A stretch of 64,000 nucleotides of DNA, taken from the NCBI GenBank assembly GCA_964247055.1, contig OZ176053.1:11346001-11410000 (forward strand). The letters run 5' to 3'. Within the stretch, counting starts at the first letter, position 1; the number at the start of each line of letters is the position of its first letter. The notes under the pieces were generated by a model. It saw only the letters and a list, made by a program, of their open reading frames with translations. It made no database searches and had not been told where the DNA came from. The stretch is from Paragordius varius (Eukaryota; Animalia; Nematomorpha). This document shows positions 27,171 to 40,069 of the stretch, in pieces. The position numbers were made by a program, and so were the translations under genes.

Positions 27171-27628
27171 CTCTAAAATATATCATAATCTACACATATA
27201 GCCAAAACAATGGGTGGAGTGATTAAATTTTTTTGACTTGACAAGTTTTTCAAGTCATGGCTCGCTTTCATGTGATACTAAAAACATTAGAGGAGAAGAC
27301 ACGCAATAAAACATGATTCGAGGTGATGAAAAATCATATGAACAACTAAAACTTGACAATTTTGCAAAAGTGGTATCACACTTGACAGATTTTAAAATAT
27401 GGATAAAATTATTTTGGAAATTATATTTGATATATTTTAAATTTTATATGTAGTTGGAAGGTTTGTTAATGTTATAAACTTTTTAACGGTAAATGACGGA
27501 TTGATTATGTTTTGTAATAGCAGTATCCGTAAGATAATGATAAACGAAAACTAAATAGAAAATTAATTGAAAGTAATATTTATTAACAGAAATTATAAAT
27601 AATATGTAAAACATTTTCGTCATTAGTA

Positions 27629-27670
27629 ATCGTAGACTAGTTTCGTGCTTGTTAGACTCATCAGTACAAC
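27629..27670 (-). ncRNA. Minimal type I hammerhead ribozyme motif 1
   Basis: GUUGUA-CUGAUGA-GUCUAACAAGCAC-GAAA-CUAGUC/UACGAU; stem I 6 bp with two G-U pairs; stem II weakened by a 1-nt deletion. Confidence 0.75.
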
Positions 27671-27896
27671 TCAACTATTTTTGGGGTTCACACATCGATT
27701 TCGTTTATATATCCAACTTTGCCATTTTGGTATAAATGCAGTCGGTATAGAAATTAAAATTAAAATTGATTGCCAATCATGAAATTTAAACAAAAAATTC
27801 GAAAATAAACTGAAATTTAACACTAGGTTTAACCGTAGATTTAACCAAAATTGCAAAGTAAATATATATACGAAATCGATATGTGGAAAGCACAAA

Positions 27897-27939
27897 GTAG
27901 TACTGATGAGTGCAAATGAACACGAAACTAGTCTACGAT
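27897..27939 (+). ncRNA. Minimal type I hammerhead ribozyme motif 2
   Basis: GUAGUA-CUGAUGA-GUGCAAAUGAACAC-GAAA-CUAGUC/UACGAU; intact core, 3-bp stem II, stem I 5 of 6 paired. Confidence 0.8.
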
Positions 27940-28339
27940 TACTATTGACGAAAGGGTTTCACTCATTTATAATTTCTGTTAAAAAATATACTTTTATTTA
28001 ATTTTCTATTTTATTTTCGTTTATCATTATCTTACGGATTTAACAACTGTTATTACAAAACAAAATCAATCCGTTATTTACCATTCCAATATCATTCTTA
28101 TTTTATGTTTCTTAACAAAATAGAGTGCTTCTTAATTATTTAATTGATTTCCATGAAATCCCTAAGTAGCCATACTCTCGGTTACATAGTGTTTTCAGTT
28201 TATTTTCAAATTTTCAGTTTAATTTTCAAGAATTTCAATTAAATATAATTTAAATTCGAATAACCGACTGCATTTATACCAAAATGGCAAAGTTGGATAT
28301 ATTAATCGATATACGGGAAACCCCAAGTCAAATAGTTGT

Positions 28340-28382
28340 GTCTTACTGATGAGTGCTAACAAGCACGAAACTAGTCTGCGAT
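28340..28382 (+). ncRNA. Minimal type I hammerhead ribozyme motif 3
   Basis: GUCUUA-CUGAUGA-GUGC(UAACAA)GCAC-GAAA-CUAGUC/UGCGAU; intact core, perfect 4-bp stem II, palindromic ACUAGU stem III, stem I with one mismatch. Confidence 0.82.
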
Positions 28383-29229
28383 TACTATTGACGAAAGGGT
28401 TTCACATTTCATTTATAATATATTCAATTAATTTTCTATTTAATTTTCGTTTATTATCTTACGGATTTAACAACTGCTATTATAAACTTTTTATTTAATA
28501 ATTTTTGGCTAATAAACCGATTCAAAATGGGTGTATACAAAAGAGGATAAAATTTAAGGAGGCCATGCTAAATGTATGATGCATTTATATCCTAAGTTCT
28601 ACATTCCATAAGCCCACGAATTTGCAAAAATTACAGATATATTTTTAATGTATTTTCAATAATCATACAAAAAAGGTAAACATTTTGGAAGAGTGAATTT
28701 ATTGTTAGTGTTATTGAAAATTTGATTATTAATATCTGTAACACATACGGTACAAATTTGAAACTTTGTTCGCTAATTCGTATAAAAACACAATTAAATT
28801 TATAAAATATCTTCGCTATAATTAACAAATTTTATTTGGTAGATTTAAAAATATATTTTGAATTATATTTTGAATAAACCTATATTTTGTCAATTATTCA
28901 ACTGATCGCTATAGGTTAGATAACCTAAAAAGGTATATATTAATTTTATAATAATCTCTTCCTAACTTGATGAACAATTGAAAATCGCTTTAAAATTTAA
29001 TTGATGAAAATTTCTTAAATGAAAATATATCTATCTAATTAAATATTAATCTTGTTTGAAATTGTCAAATATTCGTTTAAATTCATAGACGCTAAAAGTT
29101 ACTTCATATTAAAACTGTAAAGCATTTTTTTCCTTATAACTTTATTTCAAACGTAATGTTCAATAAATTAAAAATAATAAGTTGTTATATTTTTTCGAAA
29201 AAAAATATTTTTAGATGAGAACTCCGAAA

Positions 29230-31711
29230 GCTCCAATTTTTTGATCTTCTATAATGGGCTAGTCTTAAAATAAAAGGAAAAAGCGGGGATTGCGCGATAA
29301 AAATTTTAAATATATACTAAATTTTGACATCAATTAAAAATATTTTGTAAAAAATGCATACTTTTTTTAAAAAACCTAATTTTTAGTAAAATTCTGTTGA
29401 AGCGTACTTCATACTATTTTGAGTCATTGTGGAAACGGATTAAACCTTTAATTGAGTCTATATCAGGGCTTCTTAAACTTTTGTAGTTCCCGACCCCATT
29501 TATGATTGTGAGTTTCTTAACGACCCCAACAAATATAAAAGAATAGTTTCTTCGAAATATTTATAAATTTTGTTGATAATATTTATCAGATTATTTCGGC
29601 TTTGAGAGATTGACAAAAATAAATCTAAGTTTTTTTAAAATTTCTACAACATTTTCTGATTTATAGTAAATTTATACAAGATACTAACTGGCCCTTTCTC
29701 TTCGGTTTGGCGTAGTCTCATCGATAATTATTCTTAATAATTAGGAATAAATAGAGTTAATGGAGATAAAATATTAATAATAAACATATTTAATAAAAAG
29801 GATGTCCTTAAGTATTCTTTTACGAGTTTTTCTGAAATATTACTTGAAATTGACCATATTTAATCTGTTCCATATTAAAGTTTTCATCATTGGATTTATT
29901 TTAAGATTTTCGTTTTACGAAATCATGGTTAAAAGTTCTAATTTGAAATTGTGTTCATACAGCTGGGATCAAGGGATATGAAAAGTAAATCCTTTGTGGT
30001 TTTTAAAGGAATGATATTATACAAATCCCCAGAAATGTGATTAACTGAACTCGTATGCCTTCTTAATTTTTCTGAAATTTAGCTCCGAAACTACGCCTAT
30101 TTTTTATGGCGTTTCAGTTTTAAACCGGTAGACCCCACCCATAGACCTATATGGAAAAGCGTTGTTAAATTCTTTGCCTATATAGGGCAAATAATCAAAA
30201 TCATCTTTGATATCATCGTCTCATGGGTAATTCGAAAAAATACCTCAACACTAAATAATCGTTATATGATGGCGTTTTAGGGCATAAAGGCCCCAAATTA
30301 AAGGCTAATAAAAATACCCGACCTTAATTTTTACCTAGTTACGGGTAATATTTCAGGCTTTTAATGAGCTCATATGGCATAATTTTTCTGTAAATTAGCT
30401 CCCAAACAACGCAATTTCTATATAGTGGCGCAGTTTTAGCGGCTATCGCTTACCCAGCAGCCAATATTAATAAAACGCAAGACTAAAATTTTTGCCACAG
30501 AGAATAACTCGAATCCTCAGTGAATTTTTACGGTCTCATACCCTGGGCAAAAAAATTATTTAATTTTTTTGAAAAAAATGGCATTTTACGGGGGGAACGG
30601 GTAAAAAGAGAGCCTTTAAAAAAGTAAGCCGACTAGGTTCGGCGCAATCGAAAAAAAGTAAAAATAATCATATTTGAAGTCGGATGGTCCAACAGGTTTT
30701 CCGCAAAATTGTCTTAAAGATACGATTTTTCTAAACTTCTGTTTTCAAAAAAACTTGTTTTTTACAATGGGATGGGCCACTGGGAGCCTAATTCGAAAAG
30801 GCGAAGCTATTGTCGGAGCATTCATTAATGATTATACTTTTTCATTTGGATTTGAAGGGTCTCTCGGTTTTCAAACAGATCGCAGAGCCAGCATTTTCCA
30901 TTTTTACAAAATAGATTATAATGATTGGAATAGAACTGGTATAAACAGCCTCTCCGAACCAGAAGATTTTATGATACATTTACTACGATGATTGTAATTT
31001 TTTTTATAACAATAACTTTACTAGTTAAAAAACATTTTTTGTTAAATTGTATTTTTATCACTCGCGGCCCCGAATAAGCGCGATCCATAGTTTAAGAATC
31101 CCGTTCTATATAATTCAATGATGCTGAACATTCTATCACCTCAGAATTTTAATTAAAAATTATGTTAATTAGCATCGTGGTTTTTTACGAAATTTACTTA
31201 TATCTTTAAGCAAAGAACCTTTAATAGAATTCTGAAATGATAGAAATGTTCAGCATCATCAAATTATATAATATAATAGCTAAAGGGGTTTTAAAGTTTC
31301 CATCATGCCTCAAACAAGTATGAAATACGCTTAAGTTTTTGAAAAAAGTAATCTATTTGAAATTTTTATCGAGCAATATTGGAGTATTTACGTTTATTTC
31401 AAGAGAACAAGCTTATTTTAGGAGAGCGAAAAAACGTAAGACTTTCGGAGCCCACATCTAAAATTTTTCAAAAATATTATTATGCTTTTCATATATATTT
31501 TATGATAAATTTTAAAGATATTTTTGGAATGCCTAGCTTTGACCAACGAATTTCGCCATTTTCTGATACGGAGCACTTACCACAAAAGTGTAAATAAATT
31601 TTTAAAATCACTCGTAAGGGCCAAAACCAAAAGTACCAACGTAATCCTGATACTTTTTTCCTATCAAATTATATATGTATATTATCATTAAGTTTTTTTG
31701 CGCACACTGTG
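29230..31711. mobile_element. Family B element interrupted by the hAT-like insertion
   Basis: Removing 29464-31103 restores GGAAACGGATTAAACC..GTCTATATAATTCAATGATGCTGAACATT as in other B copies; right end GCGCACACTGTG at 31711. Left boundary approximate. Confidence 0.75.
29464..31103. mobile_element. hAT-like non-autonomous element, family C copy 2, with 8-bp TSD
   Basis: TIRs CAGGGCTTCTTAAACT / AGTTTAAGAATCCCG; flanks GTCTATAT (29456-29463) and TTCTATAT (31104-31111) match at 7 of 8. Confidence 0.88.
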
Positions 31712-32734
31712 TCTATATGCAAACTAATTGATTCGTTATGAACATCAAATAATTATGATATAAGGTATGAAATAATTATTCCAAACTATAATTTTATGAG
31801 TATTCCACTATCATTTGTCTTTTTGTTTGATATACTTCTACATTCATATGTTAGTGCTTTTTTGCGAAATATCGTGGGAAAATCGATCTAAATGATGGTC
31901 CAGTAAATGCTACTTAATGGACTTGTTGGCTCTATAATTAGTATTTATTTATATTTAATACCAATTATTCAATAACTTTCACCTATCCTTTCCAATGTCA
32001 GCGACATTCGCAGATTGGTGTTGCCAAATGCAAGATTCGGAGATGAGTTAACAACACTTGGAATTATTATTATCCTTAAATGTTTGAAAATTGGGGTCCG
32101 GTTTCGTACCCATTTTCAAATAGACTAATTCTTTGCATTAAGGTTTATGCGCATCCTTCTCTTTAGTTAAACTATAAAGGTGCAAGTTAAACCTAATTAA
32201 TATGACGGTACAATCAACTTCGCCATTGCAAACATGGCTGAGTTGTCTAAGCTATGTACTCCTATGGTTCAAGCTAGGCTCGCAGATTGTATATTATCGC
32301 TATAATGGGATACACTTTTGTTAAAAGACAGAAGATGCAGGAATCAGGGATATTCCCTAACCCCTCCCCACCAAATATTATTCTATAATATACCTTATAA
32401 TCGGAAATCAATGGATACTTGCCATGTAAATGTACTCAACATTTGTTATACAATTTCTCACCCTTATGCTAATTATTTCATAATGTAAGTGCTTGAGAGA
32501 ATCATAGACCTATGAATCACAGAAATAAAATTTTGTTACGATTTATAACGAAAATCACCTATATTAACTTTCCAACTCGTGTTCTGAATGCTATTTCTTT
32601 GGTGCTTTAGTTGGTAAATGTTATTCAGACGTAGGGATGTGCCGACCAAATTAAAGATCTAGGTCGCTACCACGAAAAAAAATGACCAGGTCATTTATTT
32701 ATTTATAAACGTTTTACAATTTACTACAAACAAA

Positions 32735-32738
<4 letters not shown>

Positions 32739-32770
<32 letters not shown>
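32739..32770. repeat. (TA)n microsatellite
   Basis: About 16 TA units; similar tracts near 3469, 7935, 39288, 44940 and 46821. Confidence 0.95.
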
Positions 32771-32775
<5 letters not shown>

Positions 32776-33157
32776 CATATAAACATATTATCTTTGGATC
32801 AATACAATATATTGAAAACCGTAAATAGAAAGCGTTAACCAATTCTTTCTTGGCTCATTTATTAAAAGCATGTCGAAAAAATAATTTAAACAGTGGCGAT
32901 ACCACAAAGGTACTTGATGCTCTTAAATAACATGGCACAATTATTATTTTCCATGTGAAAAAATATATTCACAGCTTGTAAAATATATGGCAAAAACTGG
33001 AATTTAAAAAAAATATGGCCATTTGAAGGTCAAAGAATTTTTTATAGGTACATTACCGACTATCAAGACTTGCCTTTGCTAGTCAGGATAATTATTTTTA
33101 TACCCGCTAGTCCAGCTGAGAAACCGTTTAAATGAAAATCGCTTAATAGCTGTTAAA

Positions 33158-33620
33158 TATACCATTTACAATTCAAATTCGTTCTTAAACAATTCAAATT
33201 CACTCTTGAACAATTCAAAATGACCCATGAAAAAATTAAATTCACCCTAAAAAATATTTGAAAAACCATTCTTTGGCTTTTTCTGACGTGATAGAAATGT
33301 TCAGCATCATCGAATTAAAACGATTTTTATAATATATTATTAGAATGTTTTTATACCGTTTCCACCATTCTTCAAAATACCATCCAACTCGCTTCTCCAA
33401 AATTTTGCTATAAAATAAATATTTAGATAAAATATCCATTTTTTAGAAAAAAACTTTTATTGATGTCAAAATTTAGCATGCATTAAATAATTTCATCACA
33501 CAATCTCGGCCCTTTAGCTTTTATTTTATTGGAACTTCTGAAAAATGTGGAAGAAATAACATCCGATTTCCGCGGACACCCACAAAATTCTCAATAAAAA
33601 TAAAAAATTAAAACTTCGAT
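33158..33620. mobile_element. Truncated family A MITE end (33158-33255) abutting a family B fragment (~33285-33620)
   Basis: TATACCATTTACAATTCAAATTC.. then GATAGAAATGTTCAGCATCATCGAATTA..CCGTTTCCACCAT. Confidence 0.7.
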
Positions 33621-33697
33621 ATATTTGACCTATTTTGAACTAACTCAAAAATACATTCTTATTACATATATATAAACGCAATTTTCGAAATTCATAA

Positions 33698-33907
33698 GGG
33701 CCATGTGAACAAACCGTACAAATTCACTCATGTGAATGAGAGCCATATAAATAAGCTGACTCAAAAGGCTTCCATTTTTCCTCGTATTTTTTTGAGTCAT
33801 AGCGTTTTGATTAAGCTACATAAATTGTGTTATTCAATATACTATTTCAATAGCCATACGATATTAAAGTCATATAATTATCTTGAACAGGCTCATTCAC
33901 ATGGCCC
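33698..33907. mobile_element. MITE with GGGCCATGTGAA termini (PIF/Harbinger-like)
   Basis: Perfect 12-bp inverted termini GGGCCATGTGAA / TTCACATGGCCC; TSD not cleanly preserved (TAA / ATA). Confidence 0.6.
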
Positions 33908-34361
33908 ATATGTTTTTTGGCCTCAAATCATTCTGAGAATTTTGTAAGGCTTATAAATACCTTAATTCATATTACCCACAGTATAAAAAAGTAACAAATT
34001 AAAATGGCTTGACTAAATTTTGGTTGAGAGCTTAAAGTAACAAACCCTATAATATATATCACATTTGGGCACAAAGTGATTAATTTAGACTAAGATATTG
34101 CATATATAATGCTTGATTCTCAGGTGATTTTTTTCCAACCAACCTTAAAATATTATTTAATTTGGATGAATTGTCAATTACTTTTAAACGAAAACCAATA
34201 TAAGGATTAAATTTTAATTAATTATGGTTTTATACGATTAAAAGGGATCATATATTACTACCTAAATCATTATTAAGCTAAAACTATCATTAATATTTAA
34301 TTAATTCTTGGCAAGTACATATATGGCAATCACTGTAATAATTTTTTTTACTTGCCGATAA

Positions 34362-35624
34362 ATGAATTTTACGGATTGTGATATTGTCTCAAACAATGTG
34401 TGTCCAATCAATAATTCCGACATAGAAAAGTTAAGTTTCAAAATTTTTTTTAAATTCATAATCACAATGGTTTTTATAGCGATTGGATATTGCGGTAATA
34501 TACTAGGGCTATTATTTCTACGTAATTTAAAGGTTAAAAGTATTTCCGATTTATTCCTTACCTACATGGTTTACATAAGTTTGGTTTATTGTACCATTAG
34601 CTTAACATGGGTAATCGAACATGTTAGAAGGATTGTCCTTACACCCTACAGTACTAATCGGATATGGATGTTTTACATTGTACATTTTCAGTTAATGTTA
34701 CTACATGGTACATCAGCAGCAGGGCTCTTTTACTTGCTCGTAATCTTGCTTGATCGATATATTGCGCTCAAACATTATGCAACATATAAGGAAAAACGGA
34801 AAAAGTTACGGAAACTAAAGTATTTTGCTTTTCCTTACTGGATCTTTGCTGTTATTTTATGTTTCAGCAGCTTTTACTGGTACGAAATGCCAATGTGTTA
34901 TGTAACACCCAGGGATCCTATCTTGTATAACAAATTAAACCATAATGTAAGGAGTTACGTTGCATATTCAACGCTAATAAATAATACAAGGACAATCACC
35001 ATTTTATCCTGCATTCCGTACAAAGCATGGTATAAACGCAAATTACATGAACCGATGTGGTTATTTTACTATGATATATTTCGGGAAATCGTACTTACAT
35101 GCATCCCAGGTATTCTGATTTTTTATTTTGGAGTCCATGTTACGTATTGCGTTTGGAGATTCCATAAAAATAAAGTTAGATTACGGAATATAGCTATGTT
35201 AGGTGCAACAACTACGTCTCACAATAGTAAACTTGAGCCAAATGAAGTGAGGGCCTCAGGTCAGGAAACAACTATCAGCAAAAGTACAATTTTCAACCCA
35301 GGTGCCGTACAACCGCAAATAAGCCCTAATACACAAAAGACGTGGAAAACGGAAGCTTTTCGAAACATATCAGCATCAATGTATTTCATTATTTTTTGTG
35401 CTTGCCTAATACCAGGAAGTGTTGTAATAATGATAAGGCAGCATTTAGAGAATATTAGAAACACCGCAAGAGTCAACGTTAATTCTGTTCTTTTTTCTGG
35501 TTATGGGTTGGAAATTTTGTTTCATATTCTCGTTATACAAATAACTTTTTATGTCGACACTCGGTTCAAAGAATTTATGCGCAGATTGAAAGTGAAGTTT
35601 CGTAATTCGGAAAGCTTAAATTAA
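34362..35624 (+). CDS. Intronless class A GPCR, neuropeptide-receptor-like (420 aa)
   Basis: Seven hydrophobic segments, N-terminal NFT and NNS sequons, TM1 GN, TM3 LDRYIAL, TM5 IPG, TM6 CACLIP, TM7 QITFY. Family assignment is inference. Confidence 0.88.
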   Translation: MNFTDCDIVSNNVCPINNSDIEKLSFKIFFKFIITMVFIAIGYCGNILGLLFLRNLKVKSISDLFLTYMVYISLVYCTISLTWVIEHVRRIVLTPYSTNRIWMFYIVHFQLMLLHGTSAAGLFYLLVILLDRYIALKHYATYKEKRKKLRKLKYFAFPYWIFAVILCFSSFYWYEMPMCYVTPRDPILYNKLNHNVRSYVAYSTLINNTRTITILSCIPYKAWYKRKLHEPMWLFYYDIFREIVLTCIPGILIFYFGVHVTYCVWRFHKNKVRLRNIAMLGATTTSHNSKLEPNEVRASGQETTISKSTIFNPGAVQPQISPNTQKTWKTEAFRNISASMYFIIFCACLIPGSVVIMIRQHLENIRNTARVNVNSVLFSGYGLEILFHILVIQITFYVDTRFKEFMRRLKVKFRNSESLN

Positions 35625-35950
35625 CAACTTATATCATGTCAAAAGTGGTGTTAAAAGATTAATTTATTCATTATAATACGTTTTTAATGCATAATTTAAC
35701 AAATAAATTAAATCAAAAATATTCATATTATAACTGTAATAACTATGACAAATTTAGTAAGATATAAATTGTCATTGTTTTATGACTTGCCACTATACCC
35801 TAATTAAAACCAAATAAATATCATTAGAATCCAAAATTAATATAATTTTATGGGCGTAAGCAGCCTTATTAAGAAGTTTATGTTAGCCTTATCCTTTATC
35901 TAAAATCGCAAAAAACTCACACATTAAAAATGTTTTTGGTAGCAATGGAC

Positions 35951-36204
35951 CAGGGGTGTTCAACACAAATGGCTTCGCAGACCGCTTTTTTTACTCACAC
36001 TGGGTAAGACTGTAAAATACCAACACAATATAACATTTTTCTAGTTTTTGTTGGGTTGATTTATTTAAAAAATTGTTTAAGTATTATAACTTTTCCTTAA
36101 ATTTTGTAGACATAATTTGCAAATTATGGATTTCCGAGTTTTTGCGGGCCGCACACATACTCTGGAGGGCCACATGCGGCCCGTGGGCAGCCTGCCGAGA
36201 ACTG
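35951..36204. mobile_element. hAT-type MITE
   Basis: Starts CAGGGGTGTTCAAC; right subterminal GCGGGCCGCAC..GAGGGCCACATGCGGCCCG typical of hAT MITEs; no TSD. Confidence 0.55.
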
Positions 36205-38440
36205 GGCTAGTGTTATAATCAATAACGTAAAAAAGCCGAGTTTATGGATAACAATTTTTCAATGGTAGACACTGTGTCATAAACTTGCTTTGAAATAATT
36301 TTAGCAAAATTTTGTTCAAACATATTTTTAGATATTTTAATGCATGCTAGAACGCGTTTTTAACGCTAATTTTTTTGTTTGTTATCAATCAAATCATAAT
36401 CGCACAATTATTGCCTTCACAAGGAACACGGGATATAAATTTTAGGTTGCGGGTGAAAAAATTAAAATTTAATAAAATTTTAAAGGTAAATGAAGGATTG
36501 ATAATGTTTATTAACAATTGTTAAAGTAAAATATAAACGAAAATTGAATGGAAAATTAACTGTATTAATAAATTTTGTTTTTTATCATTAATGATAGGCT
36601 TCAAATTATGGAGTCTGTTAATATGTTTTGGAAATTTTAATATAATTTACGAAGTTCCTATGCTTCGTTTTTTAAAATTAATTTACACAAGATGGTATAT
36701 ATGATTACGATAAATAATTTTTCCTATAAAGAAATGAAATAATAATAAAAAAAAGTTTTGTTAAATGCCATAATAAATGCCAACTATACCCACACAGGAT
36801 TAGATGCATTGCATTTTTGGGATTTAATGCAATTATAATACAATTTACTAAATATCCAATTAAAGAATGTTTTATTGTGAAGATTTATTTTTTATTCAAA
36901 TACACAATATTTATCCATGGATACATTTATTGAAACGTTTCCAAAATGACTTCTCGTAATTTCTTTATCATATACAAGATTTTTCTAAATAAACCCGTTA
37001 TAAACGCAGTGACATCATGATGATTGATTTTCTCTTTTTTGGTGGTATCTAAGTAAAAAATAAAACATTAGGGCCTATTTAAATGAGCTGTTGAGCTAAC
37101 TTATGCCCATGTGTCGATCCTTAGAATAAGCTGGCTCTTAATATACTTTATAAAAGGCATATCCACCAGTTGGAAAAAAGTTTTCTTAGAAATTTTTTCG
37201 ATTTTAACTTTTTAACCAAAAACCATTTAAACACGACTTTGTGGCCATGGATACTTCTAAAATATTAACATTATTATTATGTATGGTTATGTTAGCATTG
37301 TGGCTCACAATACTATATATACGAACTTAGTGCCAATGTAATAAAAAACAATATGCCATTTTAATATACAAGTATTTGGTATTAATATAGGTTTCAACTA
37401 TGAAAATATTTTAAATAGGTCAACTTTATTGGTGTGCACCACTACTATTTAATACATTTTTTCAAGTAAATTAAAATTTTTTAAACAACATTTTTTCATC
37501 CAAGCGCAACGCTTAAAAAACATTGCGTTTGATCGAAAAAGTTGTATACATTTATAAAATTAAATGTCCAAACCTAAATCTAAGCGAATAATATTATATT
37601 ATCTATAAATTTTTTTGAATTTTTGGCACACAGTTGTTTCGAAAAAGACACTAATTTTGTAATAATGCATAAAACAACTGACGGCTTTGAATCTAACAAA
37701 CTATCAGCAGGGTTTTACATCCAAATAATAATTATTTGCATTCATTTTTTCTTACAATTTAAGGGCCAGTAATTATATAATTGTTATATATTAAAGATTA
37801 TTTAAATTATTATAATATTGATGTGTAAAAATTATTTAAGGAAAAATCAGGAACCAAAATAGAACCGGTTCCGAAACCGTTAAATTTTAGAGAAATCAAT
37901 TCCCTGTGCTTTTTCAAACGCTTTGACTTCATAAATATCCATTTGAACCGGCTCATGTTTTAAAAGGTCTACCTAGGTCTGGCTCAAAGCTCATATGATG
38001 CCAAATTATAAGGAATATAATTGGGTACACAATTAATTCTTCAGTCATCCCAGTAGAAAATATTTTGCCTTTCTTCATTATAAATAATTTGAAACAATTA
38101 TTACAGTTCAAAAGTCACAAAAAGTCGAAATTTTATTTAACCTTTTTCTACGATAATTAAAGCAGAAGTTTAAAAATATATATAGAATTAATCGTCACCT
38201 GCCTAAAACTGACCATATGATAAAAATTAAGGGATCTACTTATGAACACGCTTCGTCTAAGAGCCTGAATCTAACTTAAAAAGGGGGAATGAAAAGTAAA
38301 TTAAACTAAAATCTACCTTTTAAAGATCAATAAAATAGGTAGGTAAGTTTACAAACACTAAGTGAAATGGTATAAGAAGAAAACAAAAATATTTAGAACC
38401 CTATCATTAAAAATAAAATAATATTTAAAGAAAAAAATAC

Positions 38441-38618
38441 GTGGTGCAACGGATGATTGTGTTGATTTTGGCTTTAAAAGTTGTTTAAAAATTTCTGGAT
38501 AATTTTTGGCTAAATGATTCAATGAATTGCTGTCTATAGCAAAGACTGAGGGTTTGAATACAAAATGCAATAAAATGAAAACCAAAAGTGTCCAGATGAA
38601 GAAGTTATGACGTCCCAT
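38441..38618 (-). CDS. Candidate first exon of a secreted protein
   Basis: True ATG, signal-peptide-like MGRHNFFIWTLLVFILLHFVFKPSVFA, then IDSNSLNHLAKNYPEIFKQLLKPKSTQSSVAP and a GTATTT donor. No homology recognised. Confidence 0.4.
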
Positions 38619-39278
38619 TTAATCAAAAGTGTTTGAGTTTGGCTTACTTATTATATTAGCATTAAAATACAAATAATTTCCATTCCATTTGTGTGACATC
38701 ATTTTGATGTAAATTACAATAATTTTAAATTATTTATATCTATTTTGTGTAACTTATTACATTATTTAAAATGTAATACCTTGACCAAATTATAATGATA
38801 TATTTTTAACTAAAAGCATTAATTAACACTTAAAACTAAAATGCCCGGTATTATTTTGGTCCCAGTACAATGAACGGTAATGTTACATGATCCTAATGTG
38901 TTGGGATGTACATATTGAAATTATTTTTATAGAGATTGTTACAGGCATTACATTTTAGCTAGATACACGAAGCTGCAGTGATGGCTTTCGAATTAAATTA
39001 TTTTGATACGTTTAGCAAGTATTGTTTATCATGTTTTATAGGGCATAAATGCAAAATATGCTAATACAATGAGAGAAGATTTCGGTCAAAAATATTTGGA
39101 ATTATATTAACAAAAAAAACATACAATTATGTAAATTTTGATTATAAACGATGAAACCCTTTTTGATTCTGAATAATCAATATTAATATTTAAATATTTG
39201 GGTTGAGATTTTACCGTTTAATAACGACCAGTTTGACTGCTTAAACGCAGTCATTCACGCTCACAACTAACATATTAC

Positions 39279-39326
<48 letters not shown>

Positions 39327-40069
39327 ATTTGCCAATAAAAATGGAATTAAAGTGTATAATGTTAGTTAAAATTGATAAATAGACTCTTTTTCCATTATTT
39401 CATTTGAAATAAACAGTGCTTCTAATTTTACTGGCCGCCACAGTCGGATTGTAAATGCAGTCCAGTCGAAGTCAAACCCAACCCTAATATATAATGTTTA
39501 ATGCGCTAAAAATATTTTTGAAATGTTTATTTATGTATAAGATGATTTATGTAAGATTATAATTTTAAAAATTCTATTCTTTTAAAATATATATTTAATA
39601 TATTTATATATGTGACTTATTAGGTCAGTTCAATTATAAAATGAACGAACCATTCCAGTATGTGCTTGCTCCTTGTCATAATATAAAATAAAAAATTCAA
39701 AATAATAATTTTTGACATATCTACTATATATATTTTACATTTATATAAAAAATTTTCTGAAGCGTTGACACTTGACATATACAGTTATAAAATACAAGTA
39801 TATAATTGATTTTCACAAGAGAATAGAATTGTAAAATTTAGTGTAGAAAGTATAATATCTAGGTCGTAGAATATATGAAAACATTGTAGTACCACTATAT
39901 TAGCTATCATTGCGATATGTTGGATATACGAGTTCAAAATAAAAATATAATTTATTTCACACCACAATTTTCATATAATTTTAAAAAAAATTAAATTCAT
40001 AGCTGTTAATACTTTAGGTATGGATATATATTTTTATCTTCATAATCTAAATGTTTACTTCTATTCAAA

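Larger units (their letters stand above)
27483..28490. repeat. Penelope pLTR/retrozyme-like repeat cluster: one inverted and two direct copies
   Basis: ~27483-27830 (minus), ~27860-28085 (plus) and ~28195-28490 (plus) share CACGAAACTAGTCTRCGATTACTA.TGACGAAA and ATTATCTTACGGAT; copies 1 and 3 also share ACCGACTGCATTTATACCAAAATGGCAAAGTTGGATATA. Confidence 0.88.

Noticed and set aside
31900-32400. Possible decayed LINE on the minus strand (ESCIWQHQ resembles YGSxxW)
   Set aside because: One weak motif amid many stops; not enough to call.
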